64,000 nt of DNA from positions 69,628,001 to 69,692,000 of the forward strand of contig NC_086108.1 of the NCBI RefSeq assembly GCF_963921235.1, written 5' to 3'. Source of the DNA: Mobula hypostoma (lineage: Eukaryota). Both the position numbers and the translations under genes were made by a program. The notes below the pieces were generated by a model. That model was not told the DNA's origin and did not search any database. It saw only the letters and a list, made by a program, of their open reading frames with translations. Numbering within the stretch: position 1 is the first letter of the stretch; each line of letters opens with the position of its first letter. Below, in pieces: positions 40,255-53,154 of this stretch.

Positions 40255-41010
40255 ACTTTATACTTTATTGTCGCCAAACAATTAGTACTAGAACATACGT
40301 TCATCACAGCGATATTTGAATCTGCGCTTCACACTCCCTGGATTACAAATATTAAATATTAAAATAGTTAAAATTGGTAAATATTAAAAATTTAAATTAT
40401 AAATCATAAATAGAAAATAGAAAAATGGGAAGTAAGGTAATGCAAAAAAACCGAGAGGCAGGTCCAGATATTTGGAGGGTATGGCCCAGATCTGGGTCAG
40501 GATCCGTTCAGCAGTCTTATCACAGTTGGAAAGAAGCTGTTCCCAAATCTGGCCATTTGAGTCTTCAAGCTCCTGAACCTTCTCCCAGAAGGAAGAGGGA
40601 CAAAAAGTCTTTTGGCTGGGTGGGTCGTGTCCTTAATTATCCTGGCAGCACTTCTCCGACTGCGTGCAGTGTAAAGTGAGTCCACAGATGGAAGATTGGT
40701 TTCTGTGATGTGCTGCGCCATGTTCACGATCTTCTGCAGCTTCTTTCAGTCTTGGACAGGACAACTTCCATGCCAGGTTGTGATGCACCCTAGAAGAACG
40801 CTTTCTACGGTGCATCTATAAAAATTGGTGAGGGTTTTAGGGGACAGGCCAAATTTCTTTAGTTTTCTCAGGAAGTAAAGGCGCTGGTGGGCCTTCTTGG
40901 CACTCTGCTTGGTTGGACCAAGTCAGGTCATTTGTGATATTAACCCCGAGGAACTTAAAGTTTTTGACCCGTTCCACTTGCGCACCACTGATGTAAATTG
41001 GGTCATGCGG
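40255..41010 (-). mobile_element. Rex1/Babar 3' fragment
   Basis: AARIIKDTTHPAKRLFVPLPSGRRFRSLKTQMARFGNSFFP. Confidence 0.9.
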
Positions 41011-41019
41011 TCCACTATT

Positions 41020-41285
41020 GGGAGTTCACTGGGAGTTCCCAGCTCCCTCGTGGTTCCGCCTCCTTCTTCTACTACCCATTGTTTTCAAGGGCTATGATGT
41101 CAATGCTTCCCCTACCCCACCCCTTTGTCTTTCAAATTACTGGTCTTTCAACTGAAGCTACAAGCATTCTTCAAATCCTTCCCCATCTTTCATTCTTCAG
41201 TCCTGACGAAGGGTTCAGGCCCGAAACGTCAACTCATCGTTTCTAACTGATGCTGCCTGACCTGCTGAGTTCATCCAGCGTACTT
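41020..41285 (+). mobile_element. Penelope-like pLTR fragment
   Basis: Pyrimidine-rich UTR followed by cagtcctgacgaagggttcaggcccgaaacgtc...gatgctgcctgacctgctgagttcatccagc. Confidence 0.8.
41199..41234 (+). ncRNA. Minimal type-I hammerhead ribozyme motif (Penelope-associated)
   Basis: CUGACGA core (41203-41209), extra A, stem II GGGU-UCAG-GCCC, GAAAC, palindromic ACGU helix III, GUC cleavage triplet (41228-41230). Stem I is AGUC/AACU with one mismatch. Confidence 0.75.
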
Positions 41286-41534
41286 AACATTTTGGTAGAC
41301 TTCAAGCGTACAATGCTTTAAGTAAAAAATAGTTTAAGAAATAGACCAGCAATAAGCCATTCAATCCTTCAAGTTTGTCCCATTTCCATTTCCCCAAATT
41401 CCACTTGTATCCAAAATCGATCATACAGAATTTTGAGCACAATCAATGACAGAGCCTCCGCAATCATCCAGGATGTAAATTTCCAAAGATTCACTGCACT
41501 TCAGTCAAAAATAACTTGTCCTTTGAGAGTCATA

Positions 41535-43372
41535 GAAACCATAGAAAAACTACAGCACAGAAACAGGCCTTTTGGCCCTTCTTGGCTGTGCCAAACCATT
41601 TTCTGCCTAGTCCCACTGACCTGCACACGGACTATATCCCTCCATACACCTCCCATCCATGTATCTGTCCAATTTATTCTTAAATGTTAAAAAAGAACCC
41701 GCATTTACCACCTCATCTGGCAGCTCATTCCATACTCTCACCACTCTCTGTGTGAAGAAGCCCCCACTAATGCTCCCTTTAAATTTTTCCCCCTTCACCC
41801 TTAACCCATGTCCTCTGGTTTTTTTCTCCCCTTGCCTCAGTGGAAAAAGCCTGCTTGCATTCACTCTAGCTATACCCATCATAGTTTTATATACCTCTAT
41901 CAAATCTCCCCTCATTGTCCTACGCTCCAGGGAATAAAGTCCTAACCTATTCAACCTTTCTCTGTAACTGAGTTTCTCAAGTCCTGGCAACATCCTTGTA
42001 AACCTTCTCTGCACTCTTTCAACCTTATTAATATCCTTCCTGTAATTTGGTGACCAAAACTGAACACAATACTCCAGATTCGGCCTCACCAATGCCTTAT
42101 ACAACCTCATCATAACATTCCAGTTCTTATACTCAGTACTTTGATTAATAAAGGCCAATGTACCAAAAGCTCTCTTTACGACCCTATCTACCTGTGACGC
42201 CACTGTTAGGGAACTTTGTATCTGTATTCCCAGATTCTTCTGTTCTACTGCACTCCTCAGTGCCTTACCATTTACCCTGTATGTTCTACCTTAGTTTGTC
42301 CTTCCAAAGTGCAATACCTCACACTTGTCAGTATTAAACTCCATCTGCCATTTTTCATCCCATTTTTCCAGCTAGTCCAAGTCCTTCTGCAGGCTTTGAA
42401 AACCTTCCTCACTGTCCACTACACCTCCAATCTTTGTATCATCAGCAAATTTGCTAATCCAATTTACCACATTATCATCCAGATCATTGATATAGATGAC
42501 AAATAACAATGGACCCAGCACTGATCCCTGTGGCACACCACTAGTCACAGGCCTCCACTCTGAGAAGCAATTCTCTACTACCACTCTTTGGCTTCTTCCA
42601 TTGAGCCAATGTCTAATCCAATCTACCACCTCTCCATGTATACGTAGCGACTGAATTTTCCTCACTAACCTCCCATGCGGGACCTTGTCAAAGGCCTTAC
42701 TGAAGTCCATGCCTTCCCTTCATCCACTTTCCTGGTAACCTCCTCGAAAAACTCCAATAGATTGGTCAAACATGACCTACCATGCACAAAGCCATGTTGA
42801 CTCTCCCTAATAAGTCCCTGTCCATCCAAATGCTTGTAGATTCTGTCCCTTAGTACTCCCTCCAATAACTTACCCACTACTAACGTCAAAGTTACCAGCC
42901 TATAATTTCCCGGATTACTCTTCGATTCTTTTTTAAACAACAGAACAACATGAGCCATTCTCCAGTCCTCCGGCATCTCACCCAAAGACACTGACATTTT
43001 AAATATATCTGCCAGGGCCCCTGCAATTTCAACACTAGTCTCCTTCAAGGTCCGAGAGAATACCCTGTCAGGTCCTGGGGATTTATCCACTTTAATTTGC
43101 CTCAAGATAGCAAGCACCTCCTCCTTTTCAATCTGTACAGTTTCCATGATCTCACTACTTGTTTCCCTTAATTCCATAGACTTCATGCCAGTTTCCTTAG
43201 TAAATACAGATGTAAAAAACCCATTTAAGATCTCCCCCATTTCTTTTGGTTCTGCACATGGCCAACCACTCTGCTCTTCAAGAGGACCAATTTTATCCCT
43301 TACAATCCTTTTACTCTTAATATACCTGTAAAAGCTCTTTGGATTATCCTTCATGTTGACTGCCAAGGCAAT
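41535..43372 (-). mobile_element. CR1 LINE, young 5'-truncated copy with nearly complete RT
   Basis: Three long frames (42665-43381, 42372-42710, 41607-42203): [49 protein letters not shown]. Confidence 0.97.
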
Positions 43373-44199
43373 ACATATCATATTAATATACGTATACTTA
43401 TGACTCCAGTTATCAATGAAGGGAAGGCTTGGAATGATACCTGCATGGTTTACATGGACAGTTTATAGAAATAGGAGAATTAGTAGCAATTAGAGGAATG
43501 CTCACTCAATCTCTTGGTTTCATTGACAAGGTATTAAGAAACGCTTGATCATCATGATGGAATAGAAAGTCAGCCTTGAAAATGATTTTGTAGACAGATA
43601 GTAAAAGGTCAGCTCTGATTATCCAGAGAAAGAGAGCTCAAGTTTCAGGGTGGTATTTGAAAAATCAGTAAATAAAAAATGTTGTTTATCACTAAAAAAA
43701 AAATTGTGTTGAGGTTGCTATTTTGTCCTACAAACCCAAATGATTCAAAAACAAAAAGTTACTTTTAAGAAATAAAACATTTGTACCTAGTGCAAAGTTC
43801 CATAATACCAGAAGTTGACTAAAGATCGGGTTTCAGGGCAGAGTTAGTATAACAAGACACTCAGTCACAACTGCAGGATTTCAAGGAAGTTCATCACCGC
43901 TTCAACTGCAAATGTGGAAATATTAATTTCTGAAATCTCCTCAGCTCACAATATATCATATGATAGCCAATCAGACAAATACACTATGTTTATACATTGT
44001 AATTGCTAATTACATGAATTTGGCTTTTCTGAATTGATACAAGTGGTTAACTTGCTTTCTGTTTGGAAGCAGATGATGTTACCTATTTAGATATTGGAGC
44101 CATTAACAGTTTTAACTGAGAGTAAATGGAATTAAAGAGGCATAAGAGAGAAGCAGGCCAAAGTTTATTGGAAGGTGACATGAACAGGGATGATAACAG

Positions 44200-44782
44200 A
44201 ACAACAATGGCTGGTGTTCCTGGGGGGCAAATGGAAGGTGCAAGGTAAATACATCCCAACGATGAAGAAATATTCTAAAGGGAGGATGAGGCAGCCGTGG
44301 CTGACAAGTCAAAGACAGCATTAAAGCAAAAGGGAGAGAAGATAATATAGCAAAATTGAGTGGGAAGTTAAAGGATTGGGAAGCTTTTAAAAAAAAAATC
44401 TACAGAAGGCAACTAAAAAATCCATAAGGAGAGGAAAGATGAAATGTTAAGGTAAGCTAACCAATAATATCAAAGAAGATAGCATAAGTTTTTTACAGAT
44501 ATGTGTAGAGTAATGAGAGGTGAGAATGGATATCGGACCACTGGAAATTGATGTGGAGGCACAAAAATGATCTTTCATGAATCACCAAACTTTGGAATGG
44601 TTACAGAAGACAGAAAATTGCAAATGTTGATCCAACCTTTAAGAAGGAAGGAAAGCAGAAGAAAGGAAATTTTAGGCCAGTTAGCCTGACCAGTGTTGGG
44701 GATGCTGGAATCTATTATTAAAGATGCAGTTTTGGAATACCTGGAGGTACATGATAAAGTAGACAAAAGTTAGCATGGTTTC
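44200..44782 (+). mobile_element. CR1 fragment cut off by a Gypsy LTR
   Basis: cagccgtggctgaca (QPWLT) and tctattattaaagatgcagttttggaatacctggag. Ends at agcatggtttc, immediately before the LTR's TG. Confidence 0.75.
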
Positions 44783-45019
44783 TGTTCTATTTTGTATTTT
44801 CAAAGCATTGAACTAAGTCAAAGGAAAACACGGGAGTCCAAGAATGCAGGTTTTACTTCATCTTTAAGTGAGATGCACACATATCATGTGGTAGTGTAAT
44901 GACACTTGCAATTAACATGCTTTTACACATAACCCATAATTATTTAATTGAACAAGAATGCTTAAATACATATACACACATGATTACTCAATTATTACTG
45001 AAATATTAAATACACAACA
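44783..45019 (-). repeat. Gypsy LTR (3' LTR)
   Basis: TGTT...AACA termini, adjacent to a purine-biased tract on the minus strand and to gag-pol remnants. Confidence 0.65.
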
Positions 45020-47010
45020 CTTTTGCCAGCTTAGCTATAAACCAACTCAATAGAGAATGCATCCCAACTATAGACACTGTATATTATAATGTAAATACTA
45101 TATTCAGACAGCCACAGCATAGTAAATTTTAAATTGTCCCATTCAGGCCAAAGATTTAATCACTGTGGAGGTTTTCTTACTCATGTGGGTAATGTCTTTC
45201 CTGACAAGGGAGGTCTGTCTGCTTGGCAGGTGAGAATTGTGGCTGTAAAACAAATATAGATTCTGGGAATTCCTCTGTGATTGTAGGAGTTGTCTCTGAG
45301 ACTGCAGAAAGTGGTTCTGACAGCTCTGGACACTTCCCACTTATTTTCCCTCTCTGAATCTACTTTAATCCCTTTCTTTTTCGTTCTCACATTCCTTCAC
45401 TCTTTCACATTCATATTCTGTCTCTCCAACTCTTCCCTCTCATTTCTTCTTCTAGTTGGTGCATCTTGATTTTGGGAAGGTCCATTTAGTTCACTGGAGT
45501 ATTCTATTATAATCCTTCTATTGCTCCCTTTATGATCCGATCTCTCCTTTTGGTTTCCTCATCCACATCATTTGCTGAATCCTTTGTTTTCGTATCTCCA
45601 GTGACTCAGGAGGCAGTTGAGGCATCATTCAGTACACTTCTTAATTGATTTTCAATTGGCTTCATTGCAGAGGATGTGGCATGCAAATTGTGGATGGATG
45701 CCAATCAAGATGTAGTCTCAGCCCATCATGCCCCACAATGCTGGTCCTCCCGTTTTTACCACATACAAGTTCAATGTGGCTTGTTGGTTGTTGTATTTTA
45801 CTGTTACAGATGTCTTTCCCACAGGAGTTCTCTTTTCTTCAGCGCAAGTTCTTAGTTGAATATCTGCAGGCTTCAGTTTCGTATGTTTGAAATGCTGTGT
45901 GGACTCAGTTTGTGGAATGACTGAAACACCAGCCACTGTCCAATTCCATTTTAATGAATTTTCCATTCACTTCTAATGCAAGCCATTTTGCTTGTCTCAT
46001 TAGTTTTCAAATTGTACATCTCTAGATTACATATTTCTGTGTCACTCTCATCATTATCAGATTTTTCATCAACTGCATACAGATTAGTTTTATTTCAAAA
46101 CTGACTTCATCTTTTTCTCTTCTGAGCAGTCCATTTATTTTTGTCTGCACAGCATGCTGTTTGTACGTGTACTTACTTTGTTGCATTTTCTGCATTTAAA
46201 CCTGCAATTGTTTAGTGAATGGGAACCCCTGCCACAATGGTAACACAATTTGTTCAGCTGGGCTGGTTTCTGTTTAGAAGCTGCAATTTTATTCATGCTC
46301 ACTTTCATTCCTGATTGCTACTCAATTGCATCTTTTTCTGCTATTTCCATTGATACTGTGATTTCGACTGCCTTTTTAAAATGCAAGTTATGCTTTAGTT
46401 AGCAGTTTTTGAATGCTTTCTTTTAAGATTTCACAAACTAAATCATCTTAGTGTAACAAGCCCATTACTGAACTAACAATACTCAGACACTCTCTTCAAT
46501 TCAGTCACATACACTGAAATAGACACCTTTTCTTTTTGATTCCACTTATGAAACCTAAAGTGTTCTGCAATCAACAATGGTTTTGGTTCTAAATGTTCCT
46601 GCATCACTTTAACAAAGTCAGGAAAACTCATTTCTGCAGGTTTGGTAGGAACTGTCAAACTTTGGAGCAAACTGTATGCCTTTAAATCCAATGCTCTTAG
46701 CAAAATTGGCACTGGCTTCTCATTAGCCATTTCATTTGCTTCAGAAATACTGTTCCAATAGCTCAGTGTACATGAGCCAATTACCCATTGTTTAACCAAA
46801 CTTGTCAATCTTTCCGACATACCCAGCCATTTCTGCCTTTTTTTAAATGATTATTCTCACCCAGTACCCACTTTGAACACTGAATGCTTCCGTTTACAGC
46901 ATTTTTATTTTTTTTAAAGTTGATCTTGTCTTCCCTTGTGAAGAATATGTGCTGCACTGCCTTTTTTAAAAAAAAACCCAACTGTCTTGCTGTACATGTT
47001 GGACTTCCGA
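44783..47010 (-). mobile_element. Internally deleted Gypsy LTR retrotransposon (gag, CCHC knuckle, protease)
   Basis: Gag-like AYSLLQSLTVPTKPAE..HLEPKPLLIAEHFRFHK..YVTELK, knuckle CYHCGRGSHSLNNC (46204-46245), protease-like VNGKFIKMELDSG (~45935-45975). No RT or 5' LTR seen. Confidence 0.85.
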
Positions 47011-47194
47011 TCACTATTAAACCCTTCTTGGCAGCTTCCTAAACTTAACATATTTCAGATGTTATTATTAAATACAAAACATATGTTTCAGAGAATTATC
47101 TGAATACATGAATGTTTTAGTAATGTCTCAAACTATTTTCATTCATCCTTCCCCCAACTCCTTAGAAACTGCTGCCCATGGTCAAATATAAATT

Positions 47195-47426
47195 TTCTGC
47201 ACTGGAGCCATTATGCCCCTATCAATACTATGATCCCCTCAAAACTAATCAATAAGCTTCAAGACCTTGGCCTCAAAACCTCCTTGTGCAATTGGATCCT
47301 TGAATTCCTGACTTGCTGATCTCGGTCAGGTTGGATTGGCAACAACATCTCCTCCACAATCTCCATCAGCACAGGTGCAGCACAAGGCTATGTGCTTAGC
47401 CCCCTGCTCTACTCACCTTACACTCA
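47195..47426 (+). mobile_element. Rex1 RT fragment
   Basis: [27 protein letters not shown]. Confidence 0.85.
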
Positions 47427-48258
47427 CAGTGGCATGCAAAAGTTTGGGCACCCCTGGTCAAAATTTCTGTTACTGTGAATAGCTAAGCAAGTAAAAGACG
47501 AACTTCCAAAAGGCATAAGGTTAAAGATGATACATTTCTTTAATATTTTAAGCAAGAAAACTTTTATTTCCATCTTTTACAGTTTCAAAATAACAAAAAT
47601 GAAAAAGGACCCGAGGCAAAAGTTTGGGCACCCTGCATGGTCAGTACTTAGTAACACCCCCTTTGGCAGGTATCACACCTTGTAAATGCGTTTATGTAGC
47701 CAGCTAAGAGTCTTTCAATTCTTGTTTGGGGGATTTCTGCCCATTCTTCCTTGCAAAAGGCTTCTAGTTCTGTGAGATTCTTGGGCCGTCTTGCATGTAC
47801 TGCTCTTTTGAGATCTATCCACAGATTCTCGATGATGTTTAGGTCAGGGGACTGTGAGGGCCATGGCAAAACCTTCAGCTTGCACCTCTTGAGGTAGTCC
47901 ATTGTGGATTTTGAGGTATGTTTAGATTCATTATCCTGTTGTAGAAGCCATCCTCTTTTCATCTTCGGCTTTTTTACAGACAGTGTGATGTTTGCTTCCA
48001 GAATTTGCTGGTTTTTAATTGAATTCCTTCTTCCCTCTACCAGAAAATGTTCCCTGTGCCACTGGCTGCAACACAAGCCCAAAGCATGATCGATCCACCC
48101 CTGTGCTTAACAGTTGGAGAGGGGTTCTTTTCATGAAATTCTGCACCCTTTTTCCTCCAAATATACCTTTGCTCATTGCAGCCAAAAAGTTCTATTTTAA
48201 CTTCATCAGTCCACAGGACTTGTTCCCAAAATGCATCAGGCTTGTTTAGATGTTCCTT
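47427..48258 (-). mobile_element. Tc1 IR/DR-type transposon, 3' half
   Basis: TIR cagtggcatgcaaaagtttgggcaccc with internal direct repeat gcaaaagtttgggcaccc (47436 and 47616). VLWTDEVKIELFG, QQDN..WPSQSPDLNIIENLW (DD34E). Confidence 0.93.
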
Positions 48259-51200
48259 TGAACCTTTTGAATGGAACTTTTTGGTCACAGGGGTTATAGA
48301 GGTGGCAAGGCTCTTTTCACATTCTATAGATTTTGGAAGAGTGCCCACAGATTGGCAGGTAGCAAATGTGACCCTGCTATTTCAGAAAGGTCAAAGAAAA
48401 TGTGGAAATGTTGATCTGCTAGCTGATATTGGGAGTGATGAAAAGATTGCAATCTTAAAGGATTCTGTACAAGTTTCTTGGGAAATAATGTGAAGGCACA
48501 GAGTCAATATGGACTGATATACTGATTTTCTTAGGAATATATCTCATGGGAACCATGGGTTATGGTGTACTTGATTCTCCAAATTTTTTGAAGTGGTCCC
48601 TCATGTGACGTTATGAATAAGGCTCATGCAAGAGGAATTGGGGATAATTTACTGGGGTAGACTGAGAATTAGTTAATATATACAAAACTAAGAGAACCAA
48701 TAAACAAGACCTTTTAGGCTTGGTGGGCTATGATTTATGGGACACTAAAGGGCATCAACTTGTTAAGGGATCATATATTATTATTTCCAAACTTACTTAG
48801 GAGGGAAAGTATTAAATAGGTTGAAATTGCAAGAGTACTTGAGTACAAGAATAAAAATGCCTTGCTACATTATGGATAAGAAGAGCTTAGAGAGATGTGG
48901 GCCAAGTGCAGGTGAATAGGGTTGGTATAGATAGGCATCTTAGTTGACGTGGGCAAGTTGGGTCAAAATACCCATTTCTGTGCTACAAAGCCTAATTATC
49001 TGTTCTTCTGGCATCTCATGTAATCTCTTTTTAAGATATTGTTTCCCTCAAAATCAAGAGCATAGAGTTGCTTTTGGTACCTAATCCAAAATATTTTCTT
49101 TAGGAATGCATTCTCCTGAAATAATTTTCCCTGTACAACATCTCAATTGCTGGAGATGTATAGAAAGTGTTCTCATTACAACTCATTTGGATCTCTTTTG
49201 TGCATTAAGTATGTATCCTCAAGAACAAGGAATTAAGAGCAGGAGTAGGGCACTTGGCTCCTGAAGCCTGCCCCATCAATCAACATGATCATGGATGATC
49301 TATGCTGCTTCAGCTCCTCTTCAGTCCAGTTGTCCATAATCCCTGTATCTTCCAAAATTTGAACTATTTCTGCCTTTTATCTACATCTCCAATTATCTAG
49401 TCTCCACCACCTTCTGGAGCAGCAAATTCCAAAGGCCCACTGCCGGAGGAAAAAATGTTTCCATACACCACTTTTAAATGAGCATGTTCCTGCCTCTCTC
49501 ACTGATGAAGATCTCAACATCTCACCCGCCCCGTCATCTCATTTAGGATCCATGTTCAAAACTTTCGGTGGTTCTCAACATGACAATGTAGCTTGATAAG
49601 AAGTTGTAGTCTAAGAGGAAAGATGTTCACCAGTTTTTTTTTAAATTAACATTTCAAATCTTCACCTTGTACTCTATTCACCATCCATCTCAGTGTTCCA
49701 ATCATCTGGTTTCTTGGCATCTGGAATTTTTGTAGCTTTTTTTTTATGTTGGAGGCAAGGTAAAATGCAAATGATTAATATATACTCCTGCTCCTGAGAA
49801 TTTCCTTTATTTAATTACTAAGACTTTCTTAAATAGCTACCTCCCTGCAATAAACTAATTGCTCCCAAAAGCAATGGAATTTTTTTTCTTAGTGTGCATC
49901 TGCCACTAATTAACTCAATCACCAGGAATCAGACTGCCTACTATGGTTCACTAAATGATCAGCCTCTATCTGAAACTTGTATTCTTTCGCGTTTTCAAGT
50001 ATGCACATTCTGCACAAAATGACAATTTCCTCAAGAGACTGATAACCCTCCTTATATAAAAAATACTAGTAACAAGCATAAAATAATCTAAATGTATGCA
50101 TGCATTGTGCTTTGTCATTAATTATAATACCCACTTCTAAACACTGTTGCATTGAACAGTACAGAACAAGAAAATGCTCTTCTGCCCACATTGACCACAA
50201 TGTTAAATCTATTCTAAACTAATCCCATGTGCTTGCACGAGGTCCATATCCCTCTATTAGTTCATGTGCCTGCCTAAGTGTCTTAAGTTTTGCTACTGTA
50301 CATTCAAGTTGCATTTTAAGTCCTAAGAGGGAAATTTCCAGTATTGTGATAACTAGAGAAGTTTGATCTAGCTACATCAATCACTCTAAATTTTCTTCAT
50401 GGTCTTCATATCACCAAAAAAGCATTCAAATCTAAACGCATTCATAAAATGACAAGACACACTAGCCTACTATATGAATGAAGGAGCTCAGTTTAGTAAC
50501 AAACCCCAGAAGCAGCTCTAATTAACACCAAAGGAAAATCCATCCTCATTCCTGGCAAAATTAGGTAATGAACACAGGCAAAGAATCAAAAATATGAAGT
50601 TTCCTATTTTACCAATCAACATTTAAAAAAACTAACTAAATGGTGTGAGACTTCAAAGATCTGTGATACAGAGGGACTTTGGTGTCTACTATTTGATTCA
50701 CAAAAGGTAGCATATTGTCTAACTAGTAATTAAGACATCAAATAGAACATTGTCATTTATTGCTACTGGAAATGAATTCAAAAGTGGGGATGTTATGATT
50801 TAGCTACTTGAGAACTGGTGTGACTACTTCAGGAGTGTTAAGAAATGGCATTATTATGTTGGAAGCTATTGGGAGAATGTTTACTAAAATAGTACAGCTA
50901 TCTAGAATGGGTAAGTTAACTTATGAGGAAAAGTGGACAGACTGGCATGTTAAAGAGGGAGAGGGACAAGATTGAAACATACAAGATCCCAAGAGATCTT
51001 GTTAAGGTGGATATGGAGAGAATGCTTTGTCTTCTGGGAGAACCTGGAACTAATAACTACTGGTTGTATACAGTATATGTAATAGTCCAGGCACATACAT
51101 TTAGCTTGGGTGCCCAAGACTTGCACAGTGCTCTAGTAACGTTATGCATGCACTGTACTGCTCCCGCAAACAAAAATTATGACATATGTGAGTGATGATA

Positions 51201-52319
51201 AACCCAATTCTGATATGGGTCTTTACTGTGGACTGAGTGGGAAGGGGGCAGGGAGAGGAATTGTGGTTGGAAGAAGGGAAGGGAGAGGGGAGGAAGTGGA
51301 ATGCACCAGAGAAACATTCTGTAATGATCAATAAAGCAATTATTTGGAATCAAATGACCTTGCCTGGTGTCTCAGGTCTGGGTGTATCTGAACCCATGCC
51401 ATTCCCCACCTGGCACTCCTTCTCTACCACCTGTCCCACGCCCCTCCCACATTTCTTCATCCTCACCATTCCCAATATCCTTTGTTCCTGCTAGATTTAC
51501 AAACTCACTCTCTGCTCCATGTTAACAAATACAGTGATAGGCAAAAATTTTTGGTACCCTAGCTATAAACACAATACTCTATAAAATGTTGCTCCTTTAA
51601 GATAGGAGGCATTTTAATTTTCCATCTCAAAATATAAAGTCTATGGTCAACACTTTGAGGAAGAATTCCTCAAAATGTGAGCATAATCTTTGTATTTTTT
51701 TAAAGGTAGAGGTAGATACATAAGTGATAGGAAAATGTATTAAAGTGTACTGCTGGTAATAGGAATGTGGAGTAATGGCTAAATTAGATATCAGTGATTT
51801 AATTAAAATTTTAAAAAGTAGTCTTGGTGGATCGATTGGCCTACAACTGCTCCAATTCTGAATGTGTCTGACTTTCATTTAAAATACAGTTCCCTCAACA
51901 GAGAAAAACATTCCATAATGCTTCAGAATAGCAGCACATTAAAATATGGCATGGAGCCACATTCAGATAACCAAACATTTCGTCAAAGCATTCTATCTAA
52001 AGAAAAACTTGTGCTAGAAATCCAAAATAAAAAGACAAAATGCTGTAAATACAGAGCAAGTGAGGCAGGAAATTTTGGACAGAGATAAACAAGAACATTT
52101 CATGTTGATGACCTTTCAATGACTAGCTGTGAAATGTTAGACATGATACAAGTTTAGAATTACAAGGGTGAGATAGGAGCAGAGAGAACAAGATGACAGT
52201 CCAGGAGAGATTGAATGACAAATGGTGATGAAGATGAAGGAAATTGGTAATGCCATTGAAATTATATCTAGAGCAAGTGCAGGAGGTACAGTATATCCTT
52301 TATCTTAGTACCAAACTCT

Positions 52320-53150
52320 CTGAACCCACTCTGTAGGACCTCGTCACCCTTCCTGCCTATGTAATTGATACCACCCTAGACCACAACCTCTGCCTACTTA
52401 CCTTGTCCTTTAAGGATACTATGGACTCAATTAGAGAAGTCCTTGACCCTTCATTCCGGAATGGTATGTTGCTTCCCATAACCATTAAATCCCCTATCAC
52501 TACTGCTCACCTCTTCCCCTCTTCCCTTCTAAGCCATACAACCAGACAGCTGTAGCTTTCCTCTGCTAGGTCATCACCCTGAAAAGTATCAAAAATAAAT
52601 ATACTTGTTATTGAGGGATAACCTGCACTGACTGCTGTTGCTTTTCCCTCTGACCCAGTTCACCGACCTGTAAATTCGGAGAAGCTGCCTCCTTGTAACT
52701 CTTGTCACTCGAACACTCTGTCTCCTGAATGACTTGTAGGTCATCCAGCTTCAGCTCCCAATTCTCAAACATGATCCAGAAAGAGCTGCAGTTGGATGCA
52801 CTTCTCAAAGATGTAGTGAACAGAGATACTGGAGGTCTCCCTGACTTCCCACATCATGCAGGGGTACACCACCGCCCTGATTCCATTCCCACTCTTCTAC
52901 TTGTGCAATAAGAAAGAAAGAAAAGAGAACTTTTCATGTTGATGACCTTTCCCACTCTTCTACTTGTGCAATAAGAAAGAAAGAAAAGAGAACTTTTCAT
53001 GTTGATGACCTGATTCCATTCCCACTCTTCTACTTGTGCAATAAGAAAGAAAGAAAAGAGAACTTAACAGAAACATCACCTTGACCTCCACTCCTCAAAG
53101 CCTGAGCTAAAGCCTCTAACTCTTCCCACTCTAACCCTGCCCACTCACTG
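52320..53150 (-). mobile_element. CR1 5' region (ORF1) remnant
   Basis: Minus strand gagaagtgcatccaactgcagctc (EKCIQLQL) and gtagtgataggggatt (VVIGD esterase block I). Confidence 0.65.
52876..53065. repeat. Three-copy direct repeat with templated linkers
   Basis: Three identical copies of cccactcttctacttgtgcaataagaaagaaagaaaagagaactt, separated by ttcatgttgatgacc linkers. Confidence 0.95.
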
Positions 53151-53154
53151 TAGC

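Noticed and set aside
41535..43381. Active or domesticated reverse transcriptase gene
   Set aside because: 5'-truncated, frameshifted and containing a stop; an ordinary dead CR1 copy.
51085..51570. Intact MITE
   Set aside because: The Tc1-like terminal fragments are decayed and face outward, so boundaries could not be supported.
52876..53065. CRISPR array
   Set aside because: The linkers are near-identical to each other and copied from 52098-52117; the context is vertebrate and there are no cas genes.
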